Assembly: GCA_963814585.1 (NCBI GenBank)
Contig: CAWFDF010000012.1
Span: 470,781 to 534,780 of the forward strand
Direction of reading: 5' to 3'
From: an uncultured delta proteobacterium
Lineage (GTDB): Bacteria > Myxococcota > Myxococcia > Myxococcales > Anaeromyxobacteraceae
Length of the DNA: 64,000 bases
The notes beneath the pieces were generated by a model. It saw only the letters and a program-made list of their open reading frames with translations, ran no database searches and was not told where the DNA came from. Numbering within the stretch: the first letter of the stretch is position 1; the number at the start of each line of letters is the position of its first letter. A program made the position numbers and the translations under genes. Positions 9,259-19,262 of this stretch are shown one piece after another.

Positions 9259-10479
9259 ATGGCTTCACACGACGTGGTGGTGGTCGGCGGCGGCATCAGC
9301 GGCCTGTCGCTGGCGTGGAAGGCGGCCCAGGACGGCCAGCGGGTGCTGGTGCTGGAGCGGTCGGCCCGCCTCGGCGGCTGCCTCCACTCCGAGCGGACCG
9401 CCGACGGCTACTGGTTCGAGCTGGGCGCCCACACCACCTACAACTCCTACGGCGGCTTCCTCGACGTGGCGGTGGGCACCGGCCTGGCCGGGCGGGTGCG
9501 CGAGCGGGGACCGGCCCGCGCCCGCATGGGCCTCCTCTCCCACGGCGAGTACCGCTGGTTGACCCCGCCCCGGGTGCTCCTCCAGCTCAACTGGCTGGAG
9601 GCGGCGATCCACCTGCCGGCGGGGCTGCTCTCCTCCAGGGAGGGGCAGACCATCTACTCCCGCTTCTCCCGGCTGCTGGGGCGAGGCAACTACGACCGGG
9701 TGCTCGGGCCGTTCCTCTCGGCGGTGCCCTCGCAGCGGGCCGACGGCTTCCCGCTGTCCGGCCCGGGGTCGCTCTTCAAGAAGCGGCCGCGGCGCCAGGA
9801 CTTCGTGAGGTCGTTCGGCTTCGAGGGCGGCCTGCAGGTGGTGGCCGACGCCGCGGCCCGGGCCACCGGCGTGACCGTGGAGGCCGGCGTCGGCGTCGAC
9901 GCGGTGGCCAGGCGCGGGGACGGGTTCGCGGTCACCACCTCCGACGGCCGCACCCTGGAGGCGCCGCTGCTGGCGCTGGCGGTCCCCCCCGACGCCGCGG
10001 CGGCGCTGCTGCTCCCCCGGTTCGGCGAGCTGGCCTCGCAGCTCAGCCGCATCGGGACCGCCTCGGTGGAGAGCCTGGGCGTGGTGCTGCCCCGGGAGAA
10101 GGCCTGGATGCCCGAGTGCGCCTTCCTGGTGCCGGTGGACGACCTCTTCTTCTCCTGCGTGACCCGCGACCCGTTCCCGGACGCCAGCCGGCGCGCCTTC
10201 GCCTTCCACTTCCGGCCCGGGCTGACGCGGGCCGAGCGCCTCTCTCGGGTGCTCGAGGTGCTGAAGGTGACCGAGGCCGACCTGCTCCACGTCGCCGAGC
10301 GCCGCTGCACGCTGCCCTCGCCGTCGCTGGGGCACGGGGCCATCGTCGCCGACCTCGACCACCACCTGGCCGGGGGCCGGCTCATGCTCACCGGCAACTA
10401 CTTCGAGGGGCTGGCCATCGAGGACTGCGTGACCCGGTCGTTCGCCGAGTGGAAGCGGGTCACGGCGGCCGGGGCGTAG
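9259..10479 (+). CDS. FAD-dependent oxidoreductase, HemY/protoporphyrinogen oxidase-like
   Basis: GGGISG...LE...GG, FELGAH, C-terminal TGNYFEGLAIEDCV. Confidence 0.7.
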   Translation: MASHDVVVVGGGISGLSLAWKAAQDGQRVLVLERSARLGGCLHSERTADGYWFELGAHTTYNSYGGFLDVAVGTGLAGRVRERGPARARMGLLSHGEYRWLTPPRVLLQLNWLEAAIHLPAGLLSSREGQTIYSRFSRLLGRGNYDRVLGPFLSAVPSQRADGFPLSGPGSLFKKRPRRQDFVRSFGFEGGLQVVADAAARATGVTVEAGVGVDAVARRGDGFAVTTSDGRTLEAPLLALAVPPDAAAALLLPRFGELASQLSRIGTASVESLGVVLPREKAWMPECAFLVPVDDLFFSCVTRDPFPDASRRAFAFHFRPGLTRAERLSRVLEVLKVTEADLLHVAERRCTLPSPSLGHGAIVADLDHHLAGGRLMLTGNYFEGLAIEDCVTRSFAEWKRVTAAGA

Positions 10480-10489
10480 CCGGCCCGGC

Positions 10490-11221
10490 TCAGTCGTCGT
10501 CGTGCTGGTGGCCCCGCTGCCTGTCCACCTTGGGCGGCTTCTCGGCCACCGGGATGGTGACGCCGCTGCCCGCCACGCGGACCACCTTGGCCGCCGGATC
10601 GTGACCGCGCAGCACCACCGCCGCCCAGCCGGCCACCAGGGCCACGAAGACCACCGCGGCCACCGGGTGCGAGGACGGGATGGCCTGCTCGGGCGGGCCG
10701 GCCCGCTGCCCGGTGATCATGGAGAGGGCGATGTTCTCGCGGTGGCGCCAGGTGTGGAAGGCCAGCCCGGCCAGGTGGGCGATCACCGCGGCCAGCATCA
10801 CCTTGCCGAGCACCTCGTGGAGATCCTCGAAGAGCTCGTTCTTGGGCTGGGAGAGGATGCCGGTGGTGACCAGCAGCACCGGCAGCAGCACCATCCCGTA
10901 GATGGCCCAGCTCGCGCCCGGGTTGTGGCCGGGGTAGGGCCGGTCGCGCCGGGCGAGGGCGTCCTTCAGGTAGCCGAGCAGCGCCGCCGGCGAGTAGAGG
11001 AAGTCGCCGAAGCGGGCGTGGCGCGAGCCGATCAGGCCCCAGACCAGCCGGAAGGCGATGGCGGCCATGAGGATGAGGCCGAGCAGCATGTGGATGGCGA
11101 AGGTGGGGCTTCGCTCGTCGGCCAGCTCGCCGATGGCGAAGGCGCCGGCGAAGAGCCCGGCCAGCGTCCAGTGGAAGAGCCGGGTGGGGAGGTCCCAGGT
11201 GCGGATGGAGCTGTTGGACAT
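10490..11221 (-). CDS. Cytochrome b/b6 domain membrane protein
   Basis: WDLPTRLFHW, GHNPG, conserved heme-ligand His residues, HRENIALSMITG. Confidence 0.85.
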   Translation of the reverse strand: MSNSSIRTWDLPTRLFHWTLAGLFAGAFAIGELADERSPTFAIHMLLGLILMAAIAFRLVWGLIGSRHARFGDFLYSPAALLGYLKDALARRDRPYPGHNPGASWAIYGMVLLPVLLVTTGILSQPKNELFEDLHEVLGKVMLAAVIAHLAGLAFHTWRHRENIALSMITGQRAGPPEQAIPSSHPVAAVVFVALVAGWAAVVLRGHDPAAKVVRVAGSGVTIPVAEKPPKVDRQRGHQHDDD

Positions 11222-11363
11222 GACGTCGATGAGCCTCCTGGCCCGGCACGGCGGGCGGGCCTGGGACAGGGTAATCGAGATCGCGCCGTCCTGCCGTGCC
11301 CGGCGATCGGGCACGCGGCCCGGGGCCAGCTTGCGCCGCGCCGGTGCCCGGATCAGACTCCCG

Positions 11364-12968
11364 GTGGTGCGCCTTGCCCTCCCCTCCCTGGCCCTGGCCG
11401 GCCTGCTGGCCGCCTGCGACGCCCGGCCTCCGCCGCCGGCCTGCGACCTGGCCGACTCCGCGCGCTGCCCCGACGGGGCGCGGCTGCGGGACTCGGTCGA
11501 GGCGCTGGCGTCGCCGGCGCTGCTGGGGCGACGGCCGGGGACGCCGGGGAACGACGAGGCGGCCCGGCTGGTGGAGCAGGCGTTCCTCTCGGCGGGGCTG
11601 CGGCCCGCGGCCGGGCTCACCGGGCTCCGCCAGCCCTTCCAGGCCAGCCTCTGGAGCTGGACCGGGCCGCCGGCGCTGGAGCTGGGCGGCGAGGCCCGGG
11701 CCCTCGGCGCCGACTACCAGCTGCTCGACTGGACCGGGGCGGGCGACGTGGCCGGGCCGGTCTCCTTCGCCGGGTACGGCCTGGTCCTTCCCGCGTTCGA
11801 CCCGGCGGACTTCCCGGACTGCCCGCTCCCCGGCGGCTGGGACGACTTCGGGCCCCTCGACCTGACCGGCCGCGTGGCGGTGGTGGTGAGCGGCCTGCCC
11901 GGCGGCGCGCCGCTGGTGACGGGGGCCTGCCCGACCCGCGCCGACTGCGGCGGCCCGGGGCAGCCCTCCTGCCTCACGGCGGCCGACAAGGTGGCGCAGG
12001 CCCGCCGGCGTGGCGCCGCGGCGGTCCTGCTGGTCCCGCGCTCCACCGCGGTGCCCGGGCCCCGCCCGTTCGCCTCGGTCCAGTCCACCATCCCGGCGCT
12101 CTGGGTGAGCTTCCCGGCCCTGGCCTCGGCGCTCCCCGGACTGCCCGACTGGATCGCGGCGGTGGACGCCGGGGGCCCGGCCCCGGTGGCGACGGCGGTG
12201 GCCGCCCGCGTCGCCACCGCAGGCGCCCCGCGGGCCGCCACCGTCGTCAACGTCGTCGGCGTGGTCCCCGGCCTCGACCCGGTGCTCCGCGACGAGGTGG
12301 TGGTGGTCGGCGCCCACTTCGATCACCTCGGCCAGCTCCCCTTCCGGGCCGACCACTTCCCGGGCGCCGACGACAACGCCTCCGGGACGGCGGTGGTCAT
12401 GGAGCTGGCGCGGCTGGTGGGGGCCAGCCACCTGGCGCCGGCCCGCACGCTGGTCTTCGCCGCCTGGAACGGGGAGGAGCTGGGGCTGCTCGGCTCACGC
12501 CACTGGGCCGGTGCGCCGCCCTATCCGCTCGCCGCCACCGTCGCCGCCTTCTCCATCGACATGGTGGGCGTCGGCCAGCCCGGGCTCCAGTTCGCCATCG
12601 CCTGGGAGCCTGGGAGCGAGCTGCTCGGGGTCGCCGCCGGCAGCGCCGCCGAGCTCGGGCTGGCCGACCCGCTCAGCTTCCTGGCCGAGCCGGTCTTCGG
12701 CTCCGACCACTACCACTTCAGCGCCGCGGGCGTCCCTGCCGCCTGGCTCTCGACGCCGACGCTGGCGCTGCACCCCGACTACCACACTCCTGGTGACACG
12801 CCCGACCGGATCCAGCCGGAGGTCATGGCCGCGGCGACCCGCCTGGCCTGGGCCGCCGTCCGTCCCTGGGCCCTCGGCCTGGAGGGACCGCTGCTCTCGC
12901 CGGCTGTCCGGCGTTCACGGTACGCGCCAGGTCCTCCCGTGGAGCCGGAGCGCCTTTCCGGACCGTGA
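11364..12968 (+). CDS. M28 family metallopeptidase lipoprotein with PA domain
   Basis: Lipobox LAAC; VGAHFDH, GADDNASG, GEELGLLGS, SDH, YHTPGD. Confidence 0.88.
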   Translation: MVRLALPSLALAGLLAACDARPPPPACDLADSARCPDGARLRDSVEALASPALLGRRPGTPGNDEAARLVEQAFLSAGLRPAAGLTGLRQPFQASLWSWTGPPALELGGEARALGADYQLLDWTGAGDVAGPVSFAGYGLVLPAFDPADFPDCPLPGGWDDFGPLDLTGRVAVVVSGLPGGAPLVTGACPTRADCGGPGQPSCLTAADKVAQARRRGAAAVLLVPRSTAVPGPRPFASVQSTIPALWVSFPALASALPGLPDWIAAVDAGGPAPVATAVAARVATAGAPRAATVVNVVGVVPGLDPVLRDEVVVVGAHFDHLGQLPFRADHFPGADDNASGTAVVMELARLVGASHLAPARTLVFAAWNGEELGLLGSRHWAGAPPYPLAATVAAFSIDMVGVGQPGLQFAIAWEPGSELLGVAAGSAAELGLADPLSFLAEPVFGSDHYHFSAAGVPAAWLSTPTLALHPDYHTPGDTPDRIQPEVMAAATRLAWAAVRPWALGLEGPLLSPAVRRSRYAPGPPVEPERLSGP

Positions 12969-13083
12969 ACGTTCGCTTATCGCCCGGTCACAGGACGATC
13001 CGTCACAAGCCACCGGGTGGCGACGCCTATAGTTCGACCGAGCTTCCGGCCACCGAAGCGCCTCGCCGCGACCTGGAGAACCC

Positions 13084-15408
13084 ATGACCCCGTCCGCCTG
13101 CCGATCGCTCTCCGCCTCGCTCCTCGCCGGCCTGCTGGCCCTGGCCGGCTGTGGAGGCGGGAGCCCGGCTCCGGCCCCCGGGGGCGGCGGTGGAGGAGGT
13201 GGTGGCGGCGGCGGTGGCGGCGTCACCGTCCCGCCGCCTCCCGCCGCCCTCGACAGCCTGGCGCGGGACGACGCCGCCAGCCTGGCCACCTACGCCGGCT
13301 CCGACCAGGGCCAGTTCAGCGTCATGGGGGTCCTGGCCAGGGCCGGCTTCGAGCTCATGAGCGCCGACGGCACCGTCGCGGTGGAGGGGGACCTGCCTCA
13401 CCAGGGGGTGGCCTTCGAGATGGGCGACCTGCCGATCCTGTCCAGGGCCATGGAGCAGGGGCCGCGAGTCACGCTGGACGACCTGCTGGCCAGCTGGTCG
13501 GCCTTCGTCCCCGCCCCGACACCGGCGGCGCTGGCCGAGCTCCAGGGCCGGCTGCGGGGCAAGCTGGTGGACGACCTGCTGATCTCGGCCGCCTCGACCG
13601 ACCCGGTCCGGCGCTACTGGGCGCACCTCGTCGTGGCGCTGGGGCGCCAGGCCGCCGAGCCCCACGACCTGCTCGACCGGACCGTGCCGGGCACGGCCGG
13701 CCTCGACCCGCTGCAGGTGGCGCTGCTCACCTACCGCTTCCAGGCCGACCTCTGGATCGCCGGCCAGCGCGCCGGCAACCAGCTCCGTCTGGCCCCGACC
13801 GGCCCGGGCGCGCCGCTGGCCGCCGTGAGCGGCGCCACGCCGGGCCCGCGGCCGTGCACCATGAGCGACACCCAGCAGACGGTGATGGACGTGACCTCGC
13901 TGGCCTCCTCCAGCTTCTTCGGCGGGCTCATCGACGAGATCGGGAAGACCATCCCCGCCGCCGAGAAGTTCGGCAAGTTCACCGCCGGGGCCAACGCCGC
14001 GCTGACGGTCGTGAAGATGCTCTGGACCTTCATCGCCTTCGAGGGGAAGCTCGAGCTCGACGCCCCGCTGCTGGTGCGCACCAGGACCGCCACCGCCGGC
14101 GAGCCGCGGACCTTCACCGCCACCTTCAGGTACCACACCGGCGACGGACAGGTGATCAACTGCCTCCGGCCGGTCCTCAACGCCGCCGGCATCGACTTCA
14201 GCCTGCCCCAGGACGGCCCCATCGCCGACGCCAAGGTGGACTGGGAGCTGTTCGGCACCAAGGCCCGGCAGACCGGCAAGCTCCCCATCGTGAAGTTCCA
14301 GGACGGCGAGGTCCAGCTCGGCGGCCGCACCGACGCCACCGGCCTGCGCCAGGTGCGGATCGAGGGGCAGGCGCAGTCCCCCGAGATCGCCGCCAACGCC
14401 ATCCCGGACTACCGGGCCGTCTCGATGACGGCCAAGGTGGCGCTCAAGGACTCCAAGCTCTGGACCGACCTGGTGGACGCCGTCGGCGCGGCCATGGCCG
14501 GCAACCCGGCCTCGATGTTCCTCTCGGCCGTCTCCGAGACCCTGCTGCGGATGAACACGCCGCTCTTCGCCGCCTCCCGCGGCTTCACGGTCAAGGACTG
14601 GATCGACCCGGGGGGCGCGCTGATCCACGTCCAGGTCGCCGAGTCCCGCAACGGGACGGTCACGGCGGCCGGGGCCGGCAGCGAGACCCTGTCCCTGGAC
14701 GTGGACATCTGGCGGAAGATGAAGGGGACGCTCAAGCCGATCGACCTGGTGGTGCTCTCGACCATGCCGGGCGGGGGCGGCGCCACCCTGACCGAGAACT
14801 TCCGGATGGTCCTCGACTACGCCGGCAACCACAACGTCGTCGAGCCCTGCGTGTGCGTCACCGGCGACTCCACCACCGTCGACGAGAACGCCTACCACCT
14901 GGGCGGGGCCGGGGACGGCGAGTCCAGCCTGTCGATCAGGGTGCAGCCGAGCGGGGCCTACGAGATCGACGTCCCCATCGGCACGATGAGCGGGACCTCC
15001 AAGGGGCTCTTCGCCACCTCGGGCTGCGAGGTCTCGCCGAGCTCGACCCCGCGCTCGGCCTTCCTCCTGGCCCACCTGCCCCAGGTCACCATCACCGGCC
15101 AGCTCGATCCGACCAAGTCCTCCGGCGACGTCCAGGGGTCGGTCACCCTGGCCACCTCGCTGAACGTCCCGGAGACCGTCGGGGGGCTCTACACGGGCGG
15201 GCTCTCGCAGCTCCCCATCTCCCCGGTGGTCACGGTGGACTACGCCTTCTCCTACACGCTGACCCGGCTCCCGTACCGGCTGGCGCCGGTCGAGCCTCCG
15301 CTCGCCTCGGCGGCGCCGCGCCTGGTGGTGCCCGCCAACGCCAGCTGGCAGGCGGCCCCGCGCCTGACGGCCCGGCAGCTGAGCTGCGGTCCCGGCGACG
15401 GGCCGTAG
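13084..15408 (+). CDS. Large hypothetical lipoprotein with poly-Gly linker
   Basis: Lipobox LAGC, 14 consecutive Gly, GC3-biased codons, GGAG SD. Confidence 0.75.
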   Translation: MTPSACRSLSASLLAGLLALAGCGGGSPAPAPGGGGGGGGGGGGGGVTVPPPPAALDSLARDDAASLATYAGSDQGQFSVMGVLARAGFELMSADGTVAVEGDLPHQGVAFEMGDLPILSRAMEQGPRVTLDDLLASWSAFVPAPTPAALAELQGRLRGKLVDDLLISAASTDPVRRYWAHLVVALGRQAAEPHDLLDRTVPGTAGLDPLQVALLTYRFQADLWIAGQRAGNQLRLAPTGPGAPLAAVSGATPGPRPCTMSDTQQTVMDVTSLASSSFFGGLIDEIGKTIPAAEKFGKFTAGANAALTVVKMLWTFIAFEGKLELDAPLLVRTRTATAGEPRTFTATFRYHTGDGQVINCLRPVLNAAGIDFSLPQDGPIADAKVDWELFGTKARQTGKLPIVKFQDGEVQLGGRTDATGLRQVRIEGQAQSPEIAANAIPDYRAVSMTAKVALKDSKLWTDLVDAVGAAMAGNPASMFLSAVSETLLRMNTPLFAASRGFTVKDWIDPGGALIHVQVAESRNGTVTAAGAGSETLSLDVDIWRKMKGTLKPIDLVVLSTMPGGGGATLTENFRMVLDYAGNHNVVEPCVCVTGDSTTVDENAYHLGGAGDGESSLSIRVQPSGAYEIDVPIGTMSGTSKGLFATSGCEVSPSSTPRSAFLLAHLPQVTITGQLDPTKSSGDVQGSVTLATSLNVPETVGGLYTGGLSQLPISPVVTVDYAFSYTLTRLPYRLAPVEPPLASAAPRLVVPANASWQAAPRLTARQLSCGPGDGP

Positions 15409-15415
15409 CCCGGCC

Positions 15416-15859
15416 TCAGGGAAGCCCCAGCACCCCGGCCAGCCGCGCCGCCAGCCTGCGCGGCGTCACCCCGGCGGCCGGGGCCACGAAGATGGTGTCG
15501 TCGCCGGCGATGGTGCCGAGCACCTCGGGCAGGCGGGCGTCGTCGATGGCGCGCGCCACCGCCGAGGCCGCCCCCACCGCGGTCCGGATCACCACCAGCG
15601 ACGGGTTGGAGGAGAGCCCCAGCACCAGCCCGCGCAGCGCCGCGGCGCGCTCCGACGCCGCGCCGCCGTCCACCTCGTACCAGGCGCCGTCCGGCCGCGA
15701 GACGCGCCGGGCGCCGAGCCGGGTGAGGTCCCGGGACAGCGTGGCCTGCGTGGCCCGGAACCCCTCGCGGCGGAGCGCCGCCAGCAGCGCCGCCTGGGTG
15801 GCGATGCGCCGCCCGGTGAGGATGCGGGCCACCGCCTGCCGGCGCGCCTCGCTGTTCAT
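15416..15859 (-). CDS. argR: Arginine repressor
   Basis: TQATLSRDL, GTIAGDDTIFV. Confidence 0.95.
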   Translation of the reverse strand: MNSEARRQAVARILTGRRIATQAALLAALRREGFRATQATLSRDLTRLGARRVSRPDGAWYEVDGGAASERAAALRGLVLGLSSNPSLVVIRTAVGAASAVARAIDDARLPEVLGTIAGDDTIFVAPAAGVTPRRLAARLAGVLGLP

Positions 15860-15889
15860 GGCAGGGGTCCCGCCGGCGCGCCGGTCACG

Positions 15890-18004
15890 TCACGCTCCCA
15901 GTGCCGGGGCGCTGGTCACCAGCGTGCCCACGCCCCGGTCGGTGAAGAGCTCGGCGATGACGGTGTGGGGCTGCCGCCCGTCGAGGACGTGGACCCGCTC
16001 CACCCCGCCGGCCAGCGCCGCCTCGATGGCCTCCACCTTCCACTTCATCCCGCCGGTGATGGCGCCGGCCTCCACCCGCCGGCGCAGCTCGGCGCCGGTG
16101 ATCTGGCGGATCAGCGCCCCGTCCGGCGCCGACTCCAGCACGCCGGGCACGTCGGTCAGGTAGATGAGCTTCCTGGCCCCCAGCGCCGCCGCCACCGCCG
16201 CCGCCACCTCGTCGGCGTTGATGGAGAGGCCGGTGCCGTCCGGCGTGATGCCGATGGGCGAGATGACCGGCACGTAGCCGCCGTCGAGAAACATCTCCAG
16301 GAACTGCTTGTTGACCTCGACGACGCGCCCCACGAAGCCGAGATCGACGCCGCTCTCCAGGCCGCGCTTCTCGGCCTTGAGCAGCGTGCCGTCCTTGCCG
16401 GAGAGGCCGACGGCGTTGGCGCTGCGGGCGTTGAGGAGCGAGACCAGCTCCTGGTTGACCTTGCCGGTGAGCACCATCTCCACCACCGGCAGGCTGGCGG
16501 CGTCGGTGACCCGCATGCCGTCGATGAACTCGGAGCGCTCCCCGAGCTTCTGCAGCGTGCGGGTGACCTCCAGCGCGCCGCCGTGGATCACCACCGGCTT
16601 CAACCCCACCTTCTTGAGCAGGGCGATGTCCTCGGCGAAGGCCACCTTGAGGCTGTCCTTCACCATGGCGGCGCCGCCGTACTTCACCACCGCGACCTGG
16701 CCGGCGAAGGCGCCGATGTACTTGAGCGCCTCCACCAGCAGGGTGCGCTTGAAGGCCGGGGTGTAGCTGGCCACCTTCTCGTCCCTGGCCATCATGCCGT
16801 CCGGGGTCTGGACGATCATCGAGGTGTAGTCGGCGTTGATCTTCACGTAGTCGTAGGAGAGGTCGCAGCCCCAGGCGGTGGCCCGGGCCTCGCCGTCGGC
16901 CAGCTCCACCAGCACGTCGACCCGCGGCTCGCGCAGCCGCAGCCGCAGCGACTCCGCGTCGAAGGCGGTCGGCGCCCCGCCGGTGAAGACCACCACTCCC
17001 TGCAGCGAGACCCTGGCCTTGTAGGGGTCGATGGCCCACCCCTGCGAGCCGGCCCGGCTCCCCACCGTGGCCAGCACCCGCCCCCAGTTGGGGTCGGCGC
17101 CGAAGAGCGAGGCTTTCACCAGGGGTGACTGGGCGATGGCGCGGGCCACGTCGCGGGCGGCCGCCTCGCCGGGGGCCCCGGCCACCACCACCTCGCAGAG
17201 CTTGGTGGCCCCCTCGCCGTCGGCCGCCATGGCCCGGGCCAGCTCGCCGAACAGGTCGGTGAGGGCGGCCTCGAAGAGGGCCAGCTCGGGCGAGGGCTCG
17301 ACCAGGCGGGCGTTGCCGGCCAGGCCGTTGGCCAGCGCCAGCACGGTGTCGTTGGTGGACATCTCGCCGTCCACCGTCAGCATGTTGAAGGTCTGGTGGA
17401 CGGCGCGGACCAGCACCTCCTGCAGCGTCCTCGGCGCGACGGCCGCGTCGGTGGCGACGAAGGCCAGCGTGGTGGCCAGCTGCGGCGCCAGCATGCCCGA
17501 GCCCTTGGCGATGCAGGCGATGGTGGCGGTCTTGCCCCCCAGCACCAGCTCGCGCGAGGCCAGCTTGGGCCGGGTGTCGGTGGTCATGATGGCCTCGGCG
17601 GCGTGGTCGGCGTGGTCGCCGAGCAGCTCCACCAGGCCGGGCATGGCCGTCACCACCTTCATGGCCGGCAGCCGCACCCCGATGACGCCGGTGGAGGCGG
17701 TCAGCACCGCCCGCTTCTGCACCCCCAGCAGGTCGGCCACCGCGCCGCGGATCACCGCCACGTCGTCGAGCCCGCCCGGCCCGGTCAGGGCGTTGGCGTT
17801 GCCGGAGTTGGCCACCACCGCCCGCATCCCCTCGGCCGGCACGCGGCCGCGGGCGTCGAGCACCGGCGCGGCGGCCGCCTTGTTGACCGTGAAGACGCCG
17901 GCGGCGGCGGCCGGGACGTCGGAGACGACGAGCGCGAGGTCGCGCCGGGCCGGCTTGAGCCCGCACGCCACGCCGCCGAAGCGGAAGCCACGAGGAATCT
18001 TCAT
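15890..18004 (-). CDS. argJ: Fused ornithine acetyltransferase ArgJ + acetylglutamate kinase ArgB
   Basis: N-terminal: NSGNANA, STGVIG, KGSGM...ATTL, STNDT, WGCDL. C-terminal: VVKYGG, GMRVTD, INAD, GGMKWK, ELFTDRGVGT. Confidence 0.92.
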   Translation of the reverse strand: MKIPRGFRFGGVACGLKPARRDLALVVSDVPAAAAGVFTVNKAAAAPVLDARGRVPAEGMRAVVANSGNANALTGPGGLDDVAVIRGAVADLLGVQKRAVLTASTGVIGVRLPAMKVVTAMPGLVELLGDHADHAAEAIMTTDTRPKLASRELVLGGKTATIACIAKGSGMLAPQLATTLAFVATDAAVAPRTLQEVLVRAVHQTFNMLTVDGEMSTNDTVLALANGLAGNARLVEPSPELALFEAALTDLFGELARAMAADGEGATKLCEVVVAGAPGEAAARDVARAIAQSPLVKASLFGADPNWGRVLATVGSRAGSQGWAIDPYKARVSLQGVVVFTGGAPTAFDAESLRLRLREPRVDVLVELADGEARATAWGCDLSYDYVKINADYTSMIVQTPDGMMARDEKVASYTPAFKRTLLVEALKYIGAFAGQVAVVKYGGAAMVKDSLKVAFAEDIALLKKVGLKPVVIHGGALEVTRTLQKLGERSEFIDGMRVTDAASLPVVEMVLTGKVNQELVSLLNARSANAVGLSGKDGTLLKAEKRGLESGVDLGFVGRVVEVNKQFLEMFLDGGYVPVISPIGITPDGTGLSINADEVAAAVAAALGARKLIYLTDVPGVLESAPDGALIRQITGAELRRRVEAGAITGGMKWKVEAIEAALAGGVERVHVLDGRQPHTVIAELFTDRGVGTLVTSAPALGA

Positions 18005-18011
18005 GGCGAGC

Positions 18012-19046
18012 TCAGCCCCCCAGCAGGTCGAGGCCGGTGGCCTCGGGCCAGCCCAGCGCGGCGTTCATGGCCTGGACCGCCTGCCCGGCCGCTCCCTTGA
18101 CCAGGTTGTCGATGGCCGAGACCGCCACCGCCACCCCGGCCCGGGCGTCGAGCGCCACGCCGACGTGGCAGCGGTTGGTCCGGGCCACGTCCTTCACCTT
18201 CACCTGGTCGGCCGGCAGGACCCTCACGAAGGGCTCGCCGGCGTAGGCGGCGGCCAGGGCCCCGGACAGCTCCTCGGCGCCGGCCTTGCCGGCGAGCCGG
18301 AGCACGCAGGAGGCGAGGATGCCGCGCCGGATGGGGACGAGCACCGGCGTGAAGGAGAGGCCGCCGCAGGCGCCGGCGTAGCGGGCCACGGTCTGCTCGA
18401 TCTCGGGGACGTGCTGGTGCCTGCCGATCCGGTAGGCGCGCAGGTCCTCGTCCACCTCGCAGAAGCTGTAGTCCTCGCTGGCCTTGCGGCCGGCGCCGCT
18501 GACGCCGGAGAGGCCGGTGACGGCGATCCCGGTGGAGGCGCAGAGGCCGCTCCTCACCAGCGGGGCCACGGCCAGCGCGATGGCGGTGGCGTAGCAGCCC
18601 GGGTTGGTGACCAGCCGGGCGCCGGCCAGCGCCCCGCGCGCCAGCTCGGGCAGGCCGTAGCGGGCCTCGGCGAGCAGGGCCGGGTGCTGGTGGGCGAAGC
18701 CGTACCACCCCGGGTAGGCGGCGGCGTCGGCGAGCCGGAAGGCGCCGGAGAGATCGACGACGCGCAGGCCGCGGGCCAGCAGCCGGGGCGCCAGGTCGTG
18801 CGAGACCTCGGCGGGGGTGGCCAGGAAGGCCACCTCGGCGTCGACGGCCTCGCTCTCGGCGAGCGGCCGGTACGCCAGCCCCGCCACCTCGGCCGGGAGC
18901 GGCAGGCGGGCCCCGGCGGTCTCGCCGGACCAGCGGTCCGAGGTGAGCGCGGTGAGCCGCACCCGGGGGTGGCGCGCCAGGATCCTGGTGAGCTCGAGCC
19001 CGGAGTAGCCGGAGGCGCCGACGACGGCGACGGGGACCGTTTGCAT
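18012..19046 (-). CDS. argC: N-acetyl-gamma-glutamyl-phosphate reductase
   Basis: GASGYSG, NPGCY, SGVSGAG, DNLVKGAAGQA. Confidence 0.95.
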   Translation of the reverse strand: MQTVPVAVVGASGYSGLELTRILARHPRVRLTALTSDRWSGETAGARLPLPAEVAGLAYRPLAESEAVDAEVAFLATPAEVSHDLAPRLLARGLRVVDLSGAFRLADAAAYPGWYGFAHQHPALLAEARYGLPELARGALAGARLVTNPGCYATAIALAVAPLVRSGLCASTGIAVTGLSGVSGAGRKASEDYSFCEVDEDLRAYRIGRHQHVPEIEQTVARYAGACGGLSFTPVLVPIRRGILASCVLRLAGKAGAEELSGALAAAYAGEPFVRVLPADQVKVKDVARTNRCHVGVALDARAGVAVAVSAIDNLVKGAAGQAVQAMNAALGWPEATGLDLLGG

Positions 19047-19066
19047 GAGGATGCATAATCATGCAT
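19041..19066. promoter_or_regulatory. ARG box(es), ArgR operator at the argC promoter/start
   Basis: ATGCATAATCATGCAT (19051-19066) palindrome plus overlapping TTGCATGAGGATGCAT; resembles TGMAT-N4-ATKCA. Confidence 0.7.
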
Positions 19067-19128
19067 CCGGGCCGGGAGATCAAGCCCGCCGCCGGGCCGG
19101 CCCCGGGCCGCCGGCACCCGGGAAAGGA

Positions 19129-19164
19129 CGAAGCCGGCGGGGCGAGCGCGCCACGCCGGCTTCG
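19129..19164 (-). terminator. Hairpin downstream of tRNA-Leu
   Basis: CGAAGCCGGCG...CGCCGGCTTCG stem followed by TCCTTT on the minus strand. Confidence 0.6.
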
Positions 19165-19166
19165 AG

Positions 19167-19250
19167 TGCCCAGGAGAGGATTCGAACCTCCACGGTTTTG
19201 AGGCCGCCAGACCCTGAATCTGGTGCGTCTACCAGTTCCGCCACCTGGGC
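19167..19250 (-). tRNA. tRNA-Leu (CAG)
   Basis: GCCCAGG acceptor stem, D-loop TGGTA, anticodon arm CCAGA-TTCAGGG-TCTGG, long variable arm, GGTTCGAATCC; CCA not encoded. Confidence 0.95.
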
Positions 19251-19262
19251 GATGGGGGCCAC

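Noticed and set aside
19167..19250. tRNA-Leu as an integration site
   Set aside because: No integrase and no duplicated tRNA 3' end seen; the arg operon follows directly.
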